Shown piece by piece: positions 28,905-36,895 of a stretch of DNA of 64,000 bases. The number at the start of each line of letters is the position of its first letter. Position 1 is the first letter of the stretch. Source of the stretch: a virus. Below the pieces are notes generated by a model. The model was not told the origin of the DNA. It worked only from the letters and a program-made list of their open reading frames with translations, and ran no database searches. The stretch is taken from positions 1-64,000 of the IMG/VR virus record IMGVR_UViG_3300013099_000017. One strand, written 5' to 3'. The translations under genes and the position numbers were made by a program.

Positions 28905-29561
28905 ATGAAATTAACAAGTGCAACACTTAATGTGTTAAAGAATTTTGCTACAATCAATCAAGGTATTGTAGTAAATAAAGATAAACCCGTTTATACGAAA
29001 ACTGTTAGTAATACATTATTAGCAAAATGTGTATTCAGTGATTTGAATGAAACATTTGCAATGTATGATATTAGCACCTATTTACAAACGTTGTCATTAT
29101 TCGATGATCCGGATATTCAATTCAACGATGATAATATGCTGATTTCTGATGGTATTCAAAAAACAATCCGTCATTACAGTTCGATTGATGTTGTTGATTA
29201 TCCAGAAGATGAACAAATTGAAAGTATTGAAAGTTTAACAAAAGATTCAATTACAGATTTTGTCCTTTCTGGTGAACAATTATCAAAAATCTTAAAAGCA
29301 AGTGCTGTTATGAGATTTGATACTTTAGAATTTACATCAAATGGTAAAACAATTGAAGTGAAATTGTCTGATAGTTCAAATTGTACAGCCGATACATATG
29401 AAATGGATTTGGGTTTATGTGAGCGTGAATTTGAAGTAAAACTATTCGTTGATAATGTTAAAGTTTTACCTGCATCTTATAACGTATCTGTTTATGATAA
29501 TCTGGTTTGTTTCAAAAATGAAACACTATCTCTAACGTATTGGTTAGCCAAAGCTGATTAA
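28905..29561 (+). CDS. 45: Sliding clamp gp45
   Basis: MKL...TLNVLKNFATINQGI, FAMYD...YL..LSLFDDP.I.F, VLP.SY.V.V. Confidence 0.94.
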   Translation: MKLTSATLNVLKNFATINQGIVVNKDKPVYTKTVSNTLLAKCVFSDLNETFAMYDISTYLQTLSLFDDPDIQFNDDNMLISDGIQKTIRHYSSIDVVDYPEDEQIESIESLTKDSITDFVLSGEQLSKILKASAVMRFDTLEFTSNGKTIEVKLSDSSNCTADTYEMDLGLCEREFEVKLFVDNVKVLPASYNVSVYDNLVCFKNETLSLTYWLAKAD

Positions 29562-29586
29562 TGGATTATATATAATCATTTTAAAT

Positions 29587-29615
29587 GCACGATAACACAT
29601 TTAATGTTATCGTGC
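29587..29615 (+). terminator. Hairpin after gene 45
   Basis: GCACGATAACA/TGTTATCGTGC perfect 11-bp stem. Confidence 0.6.
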
Positions 29616-29630
29616 TAAATTGGAGTTAAT

Positions 29631-29840
29631 GTGAAAGAAACAAAAGTATGTACATGTTTGTGTCATGTTGATGGACAGAGTGTAACGCATATGTTTGATT
29701 GTTGTGAGTTATGTTATTCAAAATATATTGATAAAGATGGAAATATTGATATTGATCGCTGGGCAAAAGCATTTATATCTATTCACAAACATATACCATC
29801 ATTTAGAAAGAGTGGGAATGATGTATTGGTACATTTATAA
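29631..29840 (+). CDS. Hypothetical Cys-rich protein
   Basis: CTCLCH...H...CCELC. Confidence 0.5.
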   Translation: MKETKVCTCLCHVDGQSVTHMFDCCELCYSKYIDKDGNIDIDRWAKAFISIHKHIPSFRKSGNDVLVHL

Positions 29841-29852
29841 TAAGGAGATAAT

Positions 29853-30305
29853 GTGGAAATCATATTTAAAGATATAACAACTATTGAAAAAGGTTTTATT
29901 GCACATGGCGTTAATAGGCGTGTGAAAATGGGATCTGGTGTTGCTAAATCATTATATACCAAATGGGAGCAAGTTAAGATTCAATATATGAGTCGTAAAA
30001 ATCCTGTTCCAGCGTTAGGTAGTATTGATGAAGTTATTATCAATAAAGATTTATCGGTATTCAATTGCTATACACAAGAATTTTATGGGTTTGCAGGTGT
30101 TTATGCTAACATAACTGCTATTGTTGACTCTCTTGAAAAGGTGTGTAATGTAGCAAAAAATAATCTTATTACCACAATTTATATACCTAAAATTGGTTGT
30201 GATCGTGGTGGTTTAAGATGGGAAGATGTTGAACCGAAATTAAAGAAACTTGAAGATAAACACAATATTGAATTTGTTGTTTGTCGATATTTTGATAAAG
30301 GGTAA
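29853..30305 (+). CDS. Macro-domain (ADP-ribose binding/hydrolase) protein
   Basis: DIT.....FIAHGVN....MGSGVAK.L, FNCYTQ..YG, IPKIGC.RGGL.W..V motifs. Confidence 0.85.
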   Translation: MEIIFKDITTIEKGFIAHGVNRRVKMGSGVAKSLYTKWEQVKIQYMSRKNPVPALGSIDEVIINKDLSVFNCYTQEFYGFAGVYANITAIVDSLEKVCNVAKNNLITTIYIPKIGCDRGGLRWEDVEPKLKKLEDKHNIEFVVCRYFDKG

Positions 30306-30310
30306 TTATT

Positions 30311-31162
30311 ATGAGCAGTAAAGATAACTTAGGTGATCGTATTAAAAGTTATGAACGTTTGGAAACAGATAAATTTTTGATTCCAATGTTACCAACAATC
30401 GTTCGTTTAGATGGTCGGTCATTTAGTAAATTCACAAAATCATTTGAACCATTTGATGAAGATATGTCAAAAGCTATGGTGGAAACAACTAAATTTTTGG
30501 TTAAAGAATCTAATGCTTTAATTGGTTATACACAATCGGATGAAATCACATTAATTCTATATACAGATAATGTTGATTCACAAATATTTTTCAATGGTAA
30601 GAAACACAAATTGTTAAGTAATTTAGCATCATTAGCATCTGTAAAATTTTACGATGAATTGATTCATTTAAAACAAGTTAAAGATTTACCTGATTTATAT
30701 CCAAGTTTTGATTGTAGACTTTTTCAAGTTCCTACCAAAATGGAAGCATGGAACGCATTATTGTGGCGTGTACAGGATTCAATTAAAAACAGTATTCAAA
30801 TGCTGGCACAATCACATATTAGTCATACAGCACTACAAGGTAAAAACCAGAAACACCAACTTCAAATGTTAGATGATCTTGGTGTTCATTGGGAAGAATT
30901 ACCAAATCGTTTTAAGGAAGGTACATTTGTTCGTAAAGTGGTTTATGATAAATTGATTTATGAAGATGATCTTGAACGTGAAACCATCAAAGTAAAACGC
31001 AGTAAAGTTGATGTTGTTGATAATGGTTGTGATTTTAATAAAATTGAAAACCGAATTGAATACATTTTTGGTGATGATACAAATGCTGTTTATATTGATG
31101 TAAAAAATAAATCAGAAGGATTTATAAAAAATATTAAGAAAATATTTGCAAAAGCGGTCTGA
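30311..31162 (+). CDS. thg1: tRNA(His) guanylyltransferase Thg1-like 3'-5' polymerase
   Basis: LGDRIK.YE, VRLDGRSFSKFT, GYTQSDEIT (catalytic D/DE), FDCR.F, WR..D...NSI.M.A. Confidence 0.9.
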   Translation: MSSKDNLGDRIKSYERLETDKFLIPMLPTIVRLDGRSFSKFTKSFEPFDEDMSKAMVETTKFLVKESNALIGYTQSDEITLILYTDNVDSQIFFNGKKHKLLSNLASLASVKFYDELIHLKQVKDLPDLYPSFDCRLFQVPTKMEAWNALLWRVQDSIKNSIQMLAQSHISHTALQGKNQKHQLQMLDDLGVHWEELPNRFKEGTFVRKVVYDKLIYEDDLERETIKVKRSKVDVVDNGCDFNKIENRIEYIFGDDTNAVYIDVKNKSEGFIKNIKKIFAKAV

Positions 31163-31174
31163 GTGTGCTATACT
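31146..31174 (+). promoter_or_regulatory. Sigma70 promoter of the radical SAM gene / gene 44
   Basis: TTGCAA-N17-TATACT with TG extension. Confidence 0.75.
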
Positions 31175-31212
31175 GCTCAGATCATAAATAAATTAATGTT
31201 AAGGAGTTTAAC

Positions 31213-32202
31213 ATGAATAAAATAAAATTACCAACGGGCTTTCTTTTTACAGATACTTATTCAAAGGGTGAACTTGAAACTTTATCCATTGGGGATTATG
31301 GTAAATCGAAAAATATTAAAGCGGATTTTCTTGGATATACAAGGGAATTAAATGGTGTTCCGAGTGGCGAGATACAGCCATTACAGGAAAAATGGGTTAT
31401 TACTTTATCAACCCAATATGGTTGTCCAATGAAATGTACATTTTGTGATGTACCGGAAGTTGAATTTCGAGGCAATGCAACATTTCAAGATTTAAAAGAT
31501 CAATTATATAATGCATTTAAATGTTTCCCTGATGTAAAATATACAGATCGTTTAAATATACATTTTGCGAGAATGGGAGAACCAACATTTAATTCTGAGG
31601 TAATATCATTTAGCAATTGGTTATCTATTGCTAAACCTCAAATTCAAGAAGAATTGGGTATTAGAATTGAAGTTATACACCCTGTATTTACTACAATGTT
31701 GCCAAAGAGTGAGAAATCATTAGATCGTATTGCTCAGTTTGCAATTATTAAAAACCGAATATTTACTGGACAAGCAGGATTACAATTCAGTATTAATTCA
31801 ACATGTGATAAACAACGTGATGAAATGTTTAAGGGACAAGCATTGTCATTAGAACAAATTTCTAAATTCGCCAAAAAATTACCACCACCAATAGGCAGAA
31901 AATATTGTTTGAATTTTGCATATGCTTCTGGTAATGAATGTAATGGTGAAAAATTAGCAAAGTTATTTAATCCGGATAATTGGATGGTTAAGATTACACC
32001 AATTCATAATAATAATGCTTGTCGTGAAAATGGTATTGTAACTATTGATGGATATAGTAATTTTTATCCATATAAACAACCGGAACAAAGTTTTAAAAAT
32101 GCTGGGTTTGATGTATTAATTTTCATCCCTTCACAGGATGAAGAAGATGGATTGATTACATGTGGAAATGCTATTCTTGGGGGTAGCAAATTAAAGATTT
32201 AA
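31213..32202 (+). CDS. Radical-SAM enzyme, RlmN/Cfr-like
   Basis: STQYGCPMKCTFC (CxxxCxxC), RMGEP, LQFSINST, C-terminal ITCGN corresponding to the RlmN catalytic Cys (ACGQL). Confidence 0.75.
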   Translation: MNKIKLPTGFLFTDTYSKGELETLSIGDYGKSKNIKADFLGYTRELNGVPSGEIQPLQEKWVITLSTQYGCPMKCTFCDVPEVEFRGNATFQDLKDQLYNAFKCFPDVKYTDRLNIHFARMGEPTFNSEVISFSNWLSIAKPQIQEELGIRIEVIHPVFTTMLPKSEKSLDRIAQFAIIKNRIFTGQAGLQFSINSTCDKQRDEMFKGQALSLEQISKFAKKLPPPIGRKYCLNFAYASGNECNGEKLAKLFNPDNWMVKITPIHNNNACRENGIVTIDGYSNFYPYKQPEQSFKNAGFDVLIFIPSQDEEDGLITCGNAILGGSKLKI

Positions 32203-32226
32203 AATAAATTATGGAGATTTAAAAAT

Positions 32227-33174
32227 ATGGATGTTGTAGAAAACCAATTTTTGTTTGTGGAAAAATATCGTCCACAAACAATTAAAGATGTAATTTTACC
32301 AAAAAGATATAAATCAATTTTTAATGAAATTGTAAAGAAAGGCGATCACCAACATTTATTGTTATCGGGTGGAGCAGGTATTGGAAAAACGACAATCGCA
32401 AAAGCATTATGTAATGAATTAAAATCTGATGTACTTGTAATTAATGCTTCTGAAAATGGAAATATTGATACATTAAGAATACCTATCAGGAATTTTGCTT
32501 CAAGTGTATCAATAACAGCACGAAGAAAAGTTGTTATTTTGGATGAAGCTGATTATTTAAATGCACAATCTACACAACCTGCACTAAGAAGTTTCATGGA
32601 AGAATTCGCAAGAAATTGCCGTTTTATATTAACATGCAATTATGTTAATCGTATCATAGAACCATTAAGATCAAGATGTTCTGTTATTGAATTCAATTTA
32701 ACCAAACCAGAAAAATTAACTGTTGCCAAAGAATTTTTACATCGTACCGAAGAAATATTGAAATTGGAAGGTGTTGAATTTGATCGTCATGTAATTGGTA
32801 ATATAATTAAACAACATAATCCCGATTTCAGAAAAATATTAAATGAAATCCAAAGTAATATTGTTGATGGAAAATTAAATCAAAAATTAACTAATACATT
32901 ATCTGTTAATGATGTTGAAGATTTAACAGGTTGGTTAAAAAATAAAGAATTTAAATTATTGAGAGAATGGGTTGCTTTAAATAGTGATATTAGTTTGGTT
33001 GAATTAAATCACATGGTTTATAATAAACTTGATGTTATGTTGAAACCTCAATCAATTCCGGAAGCAATTATGATTATGAATGAATATCAATATAAGGTTG
33101 GGTTTGTTGCTGATCAGGAAATTAATACAATTGCGTTCTTTACAGAATTAATGATGTCGGTGGAATTTAAGTAA
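32227..33174 (+). CDS. 44: Clamp loader large subunit gp44
   Basis: LFVEKYRPQTI.D.ILP, GGAGIGKTT, INAS, ILDEADYL, SRC. Confidence 0.97.
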   Translation: MDVVENQFLFVEKYRPQTIKDVILPKRYKSIFNEIVKKGDHQHLLLSGGAGIGKTTIAKALCNELKSDVLVINASENGNIDTLRIPIRNFASSVSITARRKVVILDEADYLNAQSTQPALRSFMEEFARNCRFILTCNYVNRIIEPLRSRCSVIEFNLTKPEKLTVAKEFLHRTEEILKLEGVEFDRHVIGNIIKQHNPDFRKILNEIQSNIVDGKLNQKLTNTLSVNDVEDLTGWLKNKEFKLLREWVALNSDISLVELNHMVYNKLDVMLKPQSIPEAIMIMNEYQYKVGFVADQEINTIAFFTELMMSVEFK

Positions 33175-33476
33175 TGGATAGATTGAATCTAAATGTTCAC
33201 ATGGATATTATTGATAAACTTGTTCTTAACTTAGTGTCATGTAAGTTGAATGATGAACATACCAGAATAATGACAAGTTTTATGATTGAAAATTATTTGG
33301 ATCATAATGATATTTATGATTATATAGTTGTTTGTGATGAACGGAATAATTCACATATTGATAGTGGAATGTTAATATATGAGGTTATTATATATAATGA
33401 TGATACTAATCTGTATATATTCAGGCGTAAAGTTTATGATAAAAATGGTAAAGTTATAGTGGAGGTTATTGTATGA
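33174..33476 (+). CDS. Small protein resembling the tail-sheath (gp18) C-terminal domain, copy 1
   Basis: LNDEHTR....IENYL...IYDYIVVCDERNN...IDSG.LIYEV.I. Confidence 0.55.
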   Translation: MDRLNLNVHMDIIDKLVLNLVSCKLNDEHTRIMTSFMIENYLDHNDIYDYIVVCDERNNSHIDSGMLIYEVIIYNDDTNLYIFRRKVYDKNGKVIVEVIV

Positions 33477-33772
33477 GTGATAATAGTAGATTTAGTAAAT
33501 TGTTGAAAATAGTTGATGATTGTCTTTATCATTATTATACTATACTGAATGATACCACCACCAGAACAGGTTTAAAATTGATATTAAATGAAAGTCTGGA
33601 AAAATTTATTCAAGGTGATGAATTTATTATAATATGTGATGAACGTATTAATACACCAGATGTAATTGATAATCATGAATTAAGATGTTTGGTGCATGTT
33701 TATGATCAAGGTGTAGAATATTTAATCCAACGTAAATTAACATCTATGGGGTGTTCTTATTATGAAGAATGA
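33473..33772 (+). CDS. Small protein resembling the tail-sheath (gp18) C-terminal domain, copy 2
   Basis: LNDTTTR..LK..LNESL....EFIIICDERINTPDVIDNHEL...V.V. Confidence 0.55.
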   Translation: MSDNSRFSKLLKIVDDCLYHYYTILNDTTTRTGLKLILNESLEKFIQGDEFIIICDERINTPDVIDNHELRCLVHVYDQGVEYLIQRKLTSMGCSYYEE

Positions 33773-34163
33773 TGCATTTTATTATATTGGTTTAATTAAT
33801 ACAAAATCTGAAATGCCCGAAGATTCTGAAATTAAATTAAATTATCTTCCATTTTTAAGTAATCGTAATTTTAGTTATACTATTGATACTGTATTAATGG
33901 CTAATGAAATGAATCGTTTTCCAGATTGTAGCAAAGTGCTACAATTTAAATATTTGTTTCATGCAATTAAAAAACGAAAACGTTTTGCTAAGTGGACAAA
34001 ACCACAAAAACCTTCAATAGATTTTTTGATTGTTAAAAAGTATTATGGTTATAATAACAAAAATACAGAAATAGCAATGAAACTTTTAACCAAAGCACAA
34101 TTAAAAATCATTAAATCAAAAATGAATATTGGTGGTGATAAAAAAAGGAATTATGACGTATGA
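33762..34163 (+). CDS. 62: Clamp loader small subunit gp62
   Basis: Y.PF..NR..SY..DTV..ANEMN......LQF.YL...I.KRKRF.KW.K, VK.YYGY....A..LL. Confidence 0.93.
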   Translation: MKNDAFYYIGLINTKSEMPEDSEIKLNYLPFLSNRNFSYTIDTVLMANEMNRFPDCSKVLQFKYLFHAIKKRKRFAKWTKPQKPSIDFLIVKKYYGYNNKNTEIAMKLLTKAQLKIIKSKMNIGGDKKRNYDV

Positions 34164-34420
34164 AATTATTCTCAAATAATGACTATTATATTTATTGTTC
34201 TTCCCCTACTTTATGGGATACTAAAGAAGCAGGGGTAACGGGAAAATGGCGTATTGGTAATGATGGTGATTTTTTTCAAATTGAAATTTGGTATACATCA
34301 ACAAGACAAAAATGGATCTTTTTTAAAGAAAAATATCGATCTACTATATGGGTTGATGAAGGTGATATTCGAGTAAAAGAATATAACTATTATCAGGTAT
34401 TTGATTGTAAAAACACATAA
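34160..34420 (+). CDS. Hypothetical protein
   Basis: 86-aa ORF with a 4-nt (ATGA-type) overlap with gp62. Confidence 0.55.
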   Translation: MKLFSNNDYYIYCSSPTLWDTKEAGVTGKWRIGNDGDFFQIEIWYTSTRQKWIFFKEKYRSTIWVDEGDIRVKEYNYYQVFDCKNT

Positions 34421-34467
34421 TTTAATTATCCTAAATATGAATATAATAATAATATTTAGGATAAATT

Positions 34468-34920
34468 ATGAGGCAATCAAAAGAAGTTGATCCATTTTTG
34501 GATATGGGATTATTAATTAAATTAAAAGAACATGATGATTTTTTAAAAATTAAAGAAACCTTAACAAGAATTGGATATGAAGAATCAAACGAAAGCAGTA
34601 TATCAACATTACACCAAGTTTGTTATATATTACACAAACGGGGTCAATATGCAATAATTCACCAAAATGAATTGTTGGTATTGGATGGTAAAGAAAATAA
34701 AATAACGGAAGATGATTTAGAATGTAGAAATACAATAGTTAAATTGTTAAATGAATGGAATTTATTGAAAGTTGATAATCCGGAACTATTGAACTATCTA
34801 AAATTCAAACCAACACATGAAATAAAATTTGTGTCTTTTAAAGATAAAAGCAATTGGAATCTTGAAAGCCACTATAACATTGGAACTAAAAAAGGAAGTG
34901 ATCGTAATGGAAATAGGTAA
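34468..34920 (+). CDS. regA: Translational repressor RegA
   Basis: L...DDFLKIKETLTRIG......L.Q.C.ILHK.G.Y.I.H..EL..LDG, RNTI..LL.EW.L. Confidence 0.94.
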   Translation: MRQSKEVDPFLDMGLLIKLKEHDDFLKIKETLTRIGYEESNESSISTLHQVCYILHKRGQYAIIHQNELLVLDGKENKITEDDLECRNTIVKLLNEWNLLKVDNPELLNYLKFKPTHEIKFVSFKDKSNWNLESHYNIGTKKGSDRNGNR

Positions 34921-35539
34921 TTTAACAGAAGGTACAACAAAAAGTAATAGCAAGAAACAGAGTAGAGTTTCCAGACCAAAATCAGCACCACCATCCCCCA
35001 CTCCCATAGAAAAATTACCTTCATTGGGTATCTTTGAAATGTTTGAAGATGTTAAATCTATGGAACGTGCTACCAAAAATTCAGCATGTTATGACATATC
35101 ATCATATTTACCCAAAGGTAAAGCAATTAATGTATGGAATTTGAATAATCGTAAACGTGATGTATATTGTAAAAATGTATCACATCTTGAAACGGAATGT
35201 ATTGTTCTTGAACCACAAGATCGTGCATTAATTCCAACTGGTGTTCAATTGGATATTCCATTAAATTATTCTTTTAGATTACATCCGAGAAGTGGATTAT
35301 CTTTAAAAGAAGGAATTAAACTTAACAATTCCGAAGGTATTATTGATAGTGATTATTATCAGCAAGTATATGTAAGTGTGTTTAATTCTTCCGGTGCAAG
35401 AGTTTATATTGAAAATGGTGATCGTATCGCTCAGGGTGAATTACAATTAAGTGTTGTACATACAACCCGAAAAATGCGTAAACCCCCACAACAAAAAACA
35501 GATCGTGTTGGTGGAATTGGTTCAACTGGTAAAAAATAA
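34907..35539 (+). CDS. dut: Trimeric dUTPase
   Basis: T..SACYDI, IPTG, PRSGLS.K.GI...N..GIIDSDY, GDRIAQ, R.GG.GSTG motifs; likely ATG at 34907 after AGGAAG. Confidence 0.95.
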   Translation: MEIGNLTEGTTKSNSKKQSRVSRPKSAPPSPTPIEKLPSLGIFEMFEDVKSMERATKNSACYDISSYLPKGKAINVWNLNNRKRDVYCKNVSHLETECIVLEPQDRALIPTGVQLDIPLNYSFRLHPRSGLSLKEGIKLNNSEGIIDSDYYQQVYVSVFNSSGARVYIENGDRIAQGELQLSVVHTTRKMRKPPQQKTDRVGGIGSTGKK

Positions 35540-35586
35540 TATACCCACAATGGGATATATACAATATTATGTGTGTCTGCTATAAT
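35539..35586 (+). promoter_or_regulatory. CCCA-N3-TGGG palindrome promoter
   Basis: ATATACCCACAATGGGATATAT, then TGcTATAAT at 35578-35586. Confidence 0.7.
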
Positions 35587-35767
35587 GACGGAAATGATGA
35601 ATGAAAAACGAAAATGTGTTGTATGTTTGAAAGAAATTAAAAATTTTCATTCAGATTCATATCATATAACAATGGTTTTAAATGGTAAATTTATTAATGA
35701 TGCACATTTATGTTGTTCATGTTATTTAGAAAGTTTAAGATGTAAAAAAATTCCAATGATGGAATGA
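35573..35767 (+). CDS. Small zinc-finger-like protein
   Basis: CVVC...HLCCSC; the true start is probably a downstream ATG (35594/35597). Confidence 0.5.
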   Translation: MSAIMTEMMNEKRKCVVCLKEIKNFHSDSYHITMVLNGKFINDAHLCCSCYLESLRCKKIPMME

Positions 35768-36078
35768 TCAATAAAATAAAGGATTATATAATGAGTAATG
35801 AAGCTATTACACTTTCACCAAATGATTTGGTGAAAATTAATGCGTTGATTCGTGATGTTAGTGAAACTAAAACTAAAGTTGAACTTTTCAATGAAAGTAT
35901 GAAAAGTTCAAAAAAAGCAATGGTTGATACTATGAAAGAATCCGGTTTAACGGCAAGTCGTTTAAATATAATGATTGGGTTATATCATAATAACACACAG
36001 GAAGAATATTTTAACGAACAATCAGACATTGAAACATTAATGGAAAATACTTTTCCAGACAAACAAGGAAGTGAATAA
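35764..36078 (+). CDS. dsbA: dsDNA-binding protein DsbA-like
   Basis: L...IRDVS..K.K....NE, LN.M..LYH.......E...IE.L.E..F matches the T4 DsbA pattern as recalled. Confidence 0.7.
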   Translation: MINKIKDYIMSNEAITLSPNDLVKINALIRDVSETKTKVELFNESMKSSKKAMVDTMKESGLTASRLNIMIGLYHNNTQEEYFNEQSDIETLMENTFPDKQGSE

Positions 36079-36398
36079 TGCAAGACAAGATAGAAACAAA
36101 TAAGTTATATTTGTTGGTATTAAAAACGGGTGAAAATTTATTAGCAACAATTACAGAAACAGATGGTGAATACATTTTTTGTGAAAATTTAGTTGCGTTT
36201 ATGCCTGATCAACAAGGTAAATTACTTACAATTCCATATTTACCATTCAGCTTAGAAGATAACTGCGAATTTAATGCAACTGATGATATTCGTCATATGT
36301 TGACTCCAAATGCAAAATTAACTGAATATTACAATACAACATTCAGTAAAATTATCATGCCTGATAATAATTTAATGAAACCAACGTTATTGCCTTAA
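36078..36398 (+). CDS. Conserved T4-like Sm-fold-type hypothetical protein
   Basis: LLVLKTGE.LLA.I..., PYLPFS, P...L.EYY...FSKII.P. Confidence 0.6.
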   Translation: MQDKIETNKLYLLVLKTGENLLATITETDGEYIFCENLVAFMPDQQGKLLTIPYLPFSLEDNCEFNATDDIRHMLTPNAKLTEYYNTTFSKIIMPDNNLMKPTLLP

Positions 36399-36404
36399 TA
36401 ATTG

Positions 36405-36437
36405 GATATACTCAGTTTTGTTGTAACTGAGTATATC
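36405..36437 (+). terminator. Hairpin after ORF 36078-36398
   Basis: GATATACTCAGTT/AACTGAGTATATC perfect 13-bp stem. Confidence 0.7.
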
Positions 36438-36456
36438 ATTATAACGTAATTTGAGC

Positions 36457-36485
36457 TTGCAATTTACCCAATTGTTTGCTATAAT
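36457..36485 (+). promoter_or_regulatory. Sigma70 promoter upstream of the gene 43 unit
   Basis: TTGCAA-N17-TATAAT with TG extension. Confidence 0.8.
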
Positions 36486-36487
36486 GT

Positions 36488-36868
36488 TTGAAATTTAAGG
36501 AAAAATATATCATGAGTAAAAAGCAAAGTATAACTGAACGGATTCGAGATTATTATTGTTCATGGGATAATAAAAATGAATGGTTGGTTGAAAAGGGAAA
36601 GGTTAAAGAAGGACGTTTATTAAAAGAAGCATGTCTTGAAATTGAACGTCTTGAAGAATCTTATAATAAATTGAACGTAATTTATTATGACTTATACAGT
36701 AAAGATAGGTTTGATCGTGATAAACTAATTCAACCATATCAAGATAAGATTTATAAATTACATCATAAACTTCAAAACATATCTGAATATATTAAAAGTA
36801 TAGAATTTAAAAACAAAGATACTGCAAACATTATTCAATCAATGAAAAATACAATTGAGAAAAAATAA
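36488..36868 (+). CDS. Hypothetical coiled-coil protein
   Basis: ORF downstream of a sigma70 promoter; likely start ATG 36512. Confidence 0.5.
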   Translation: MKFKEKYIMSKKQSITERIRDYYCSWDNKNEWLVEKGKVKEGRLLKEACLEIERLEESYNKLNVIYYDLYSKDRFDRDKLIQPYQDKIYKLHHKLQNISEYIKSIEFKNKDTANIIQSMKNTIEKK

Positions 36869-36895
36869 AATTAATTAATAATTTAAGGATAAATT

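Noticed and set aside
31213-32202. Call of Cfr antibiotic-resistance methyltransferase
   Set aside because: Too divergent to separate Cfr from RlmN or another subfamily by eye.
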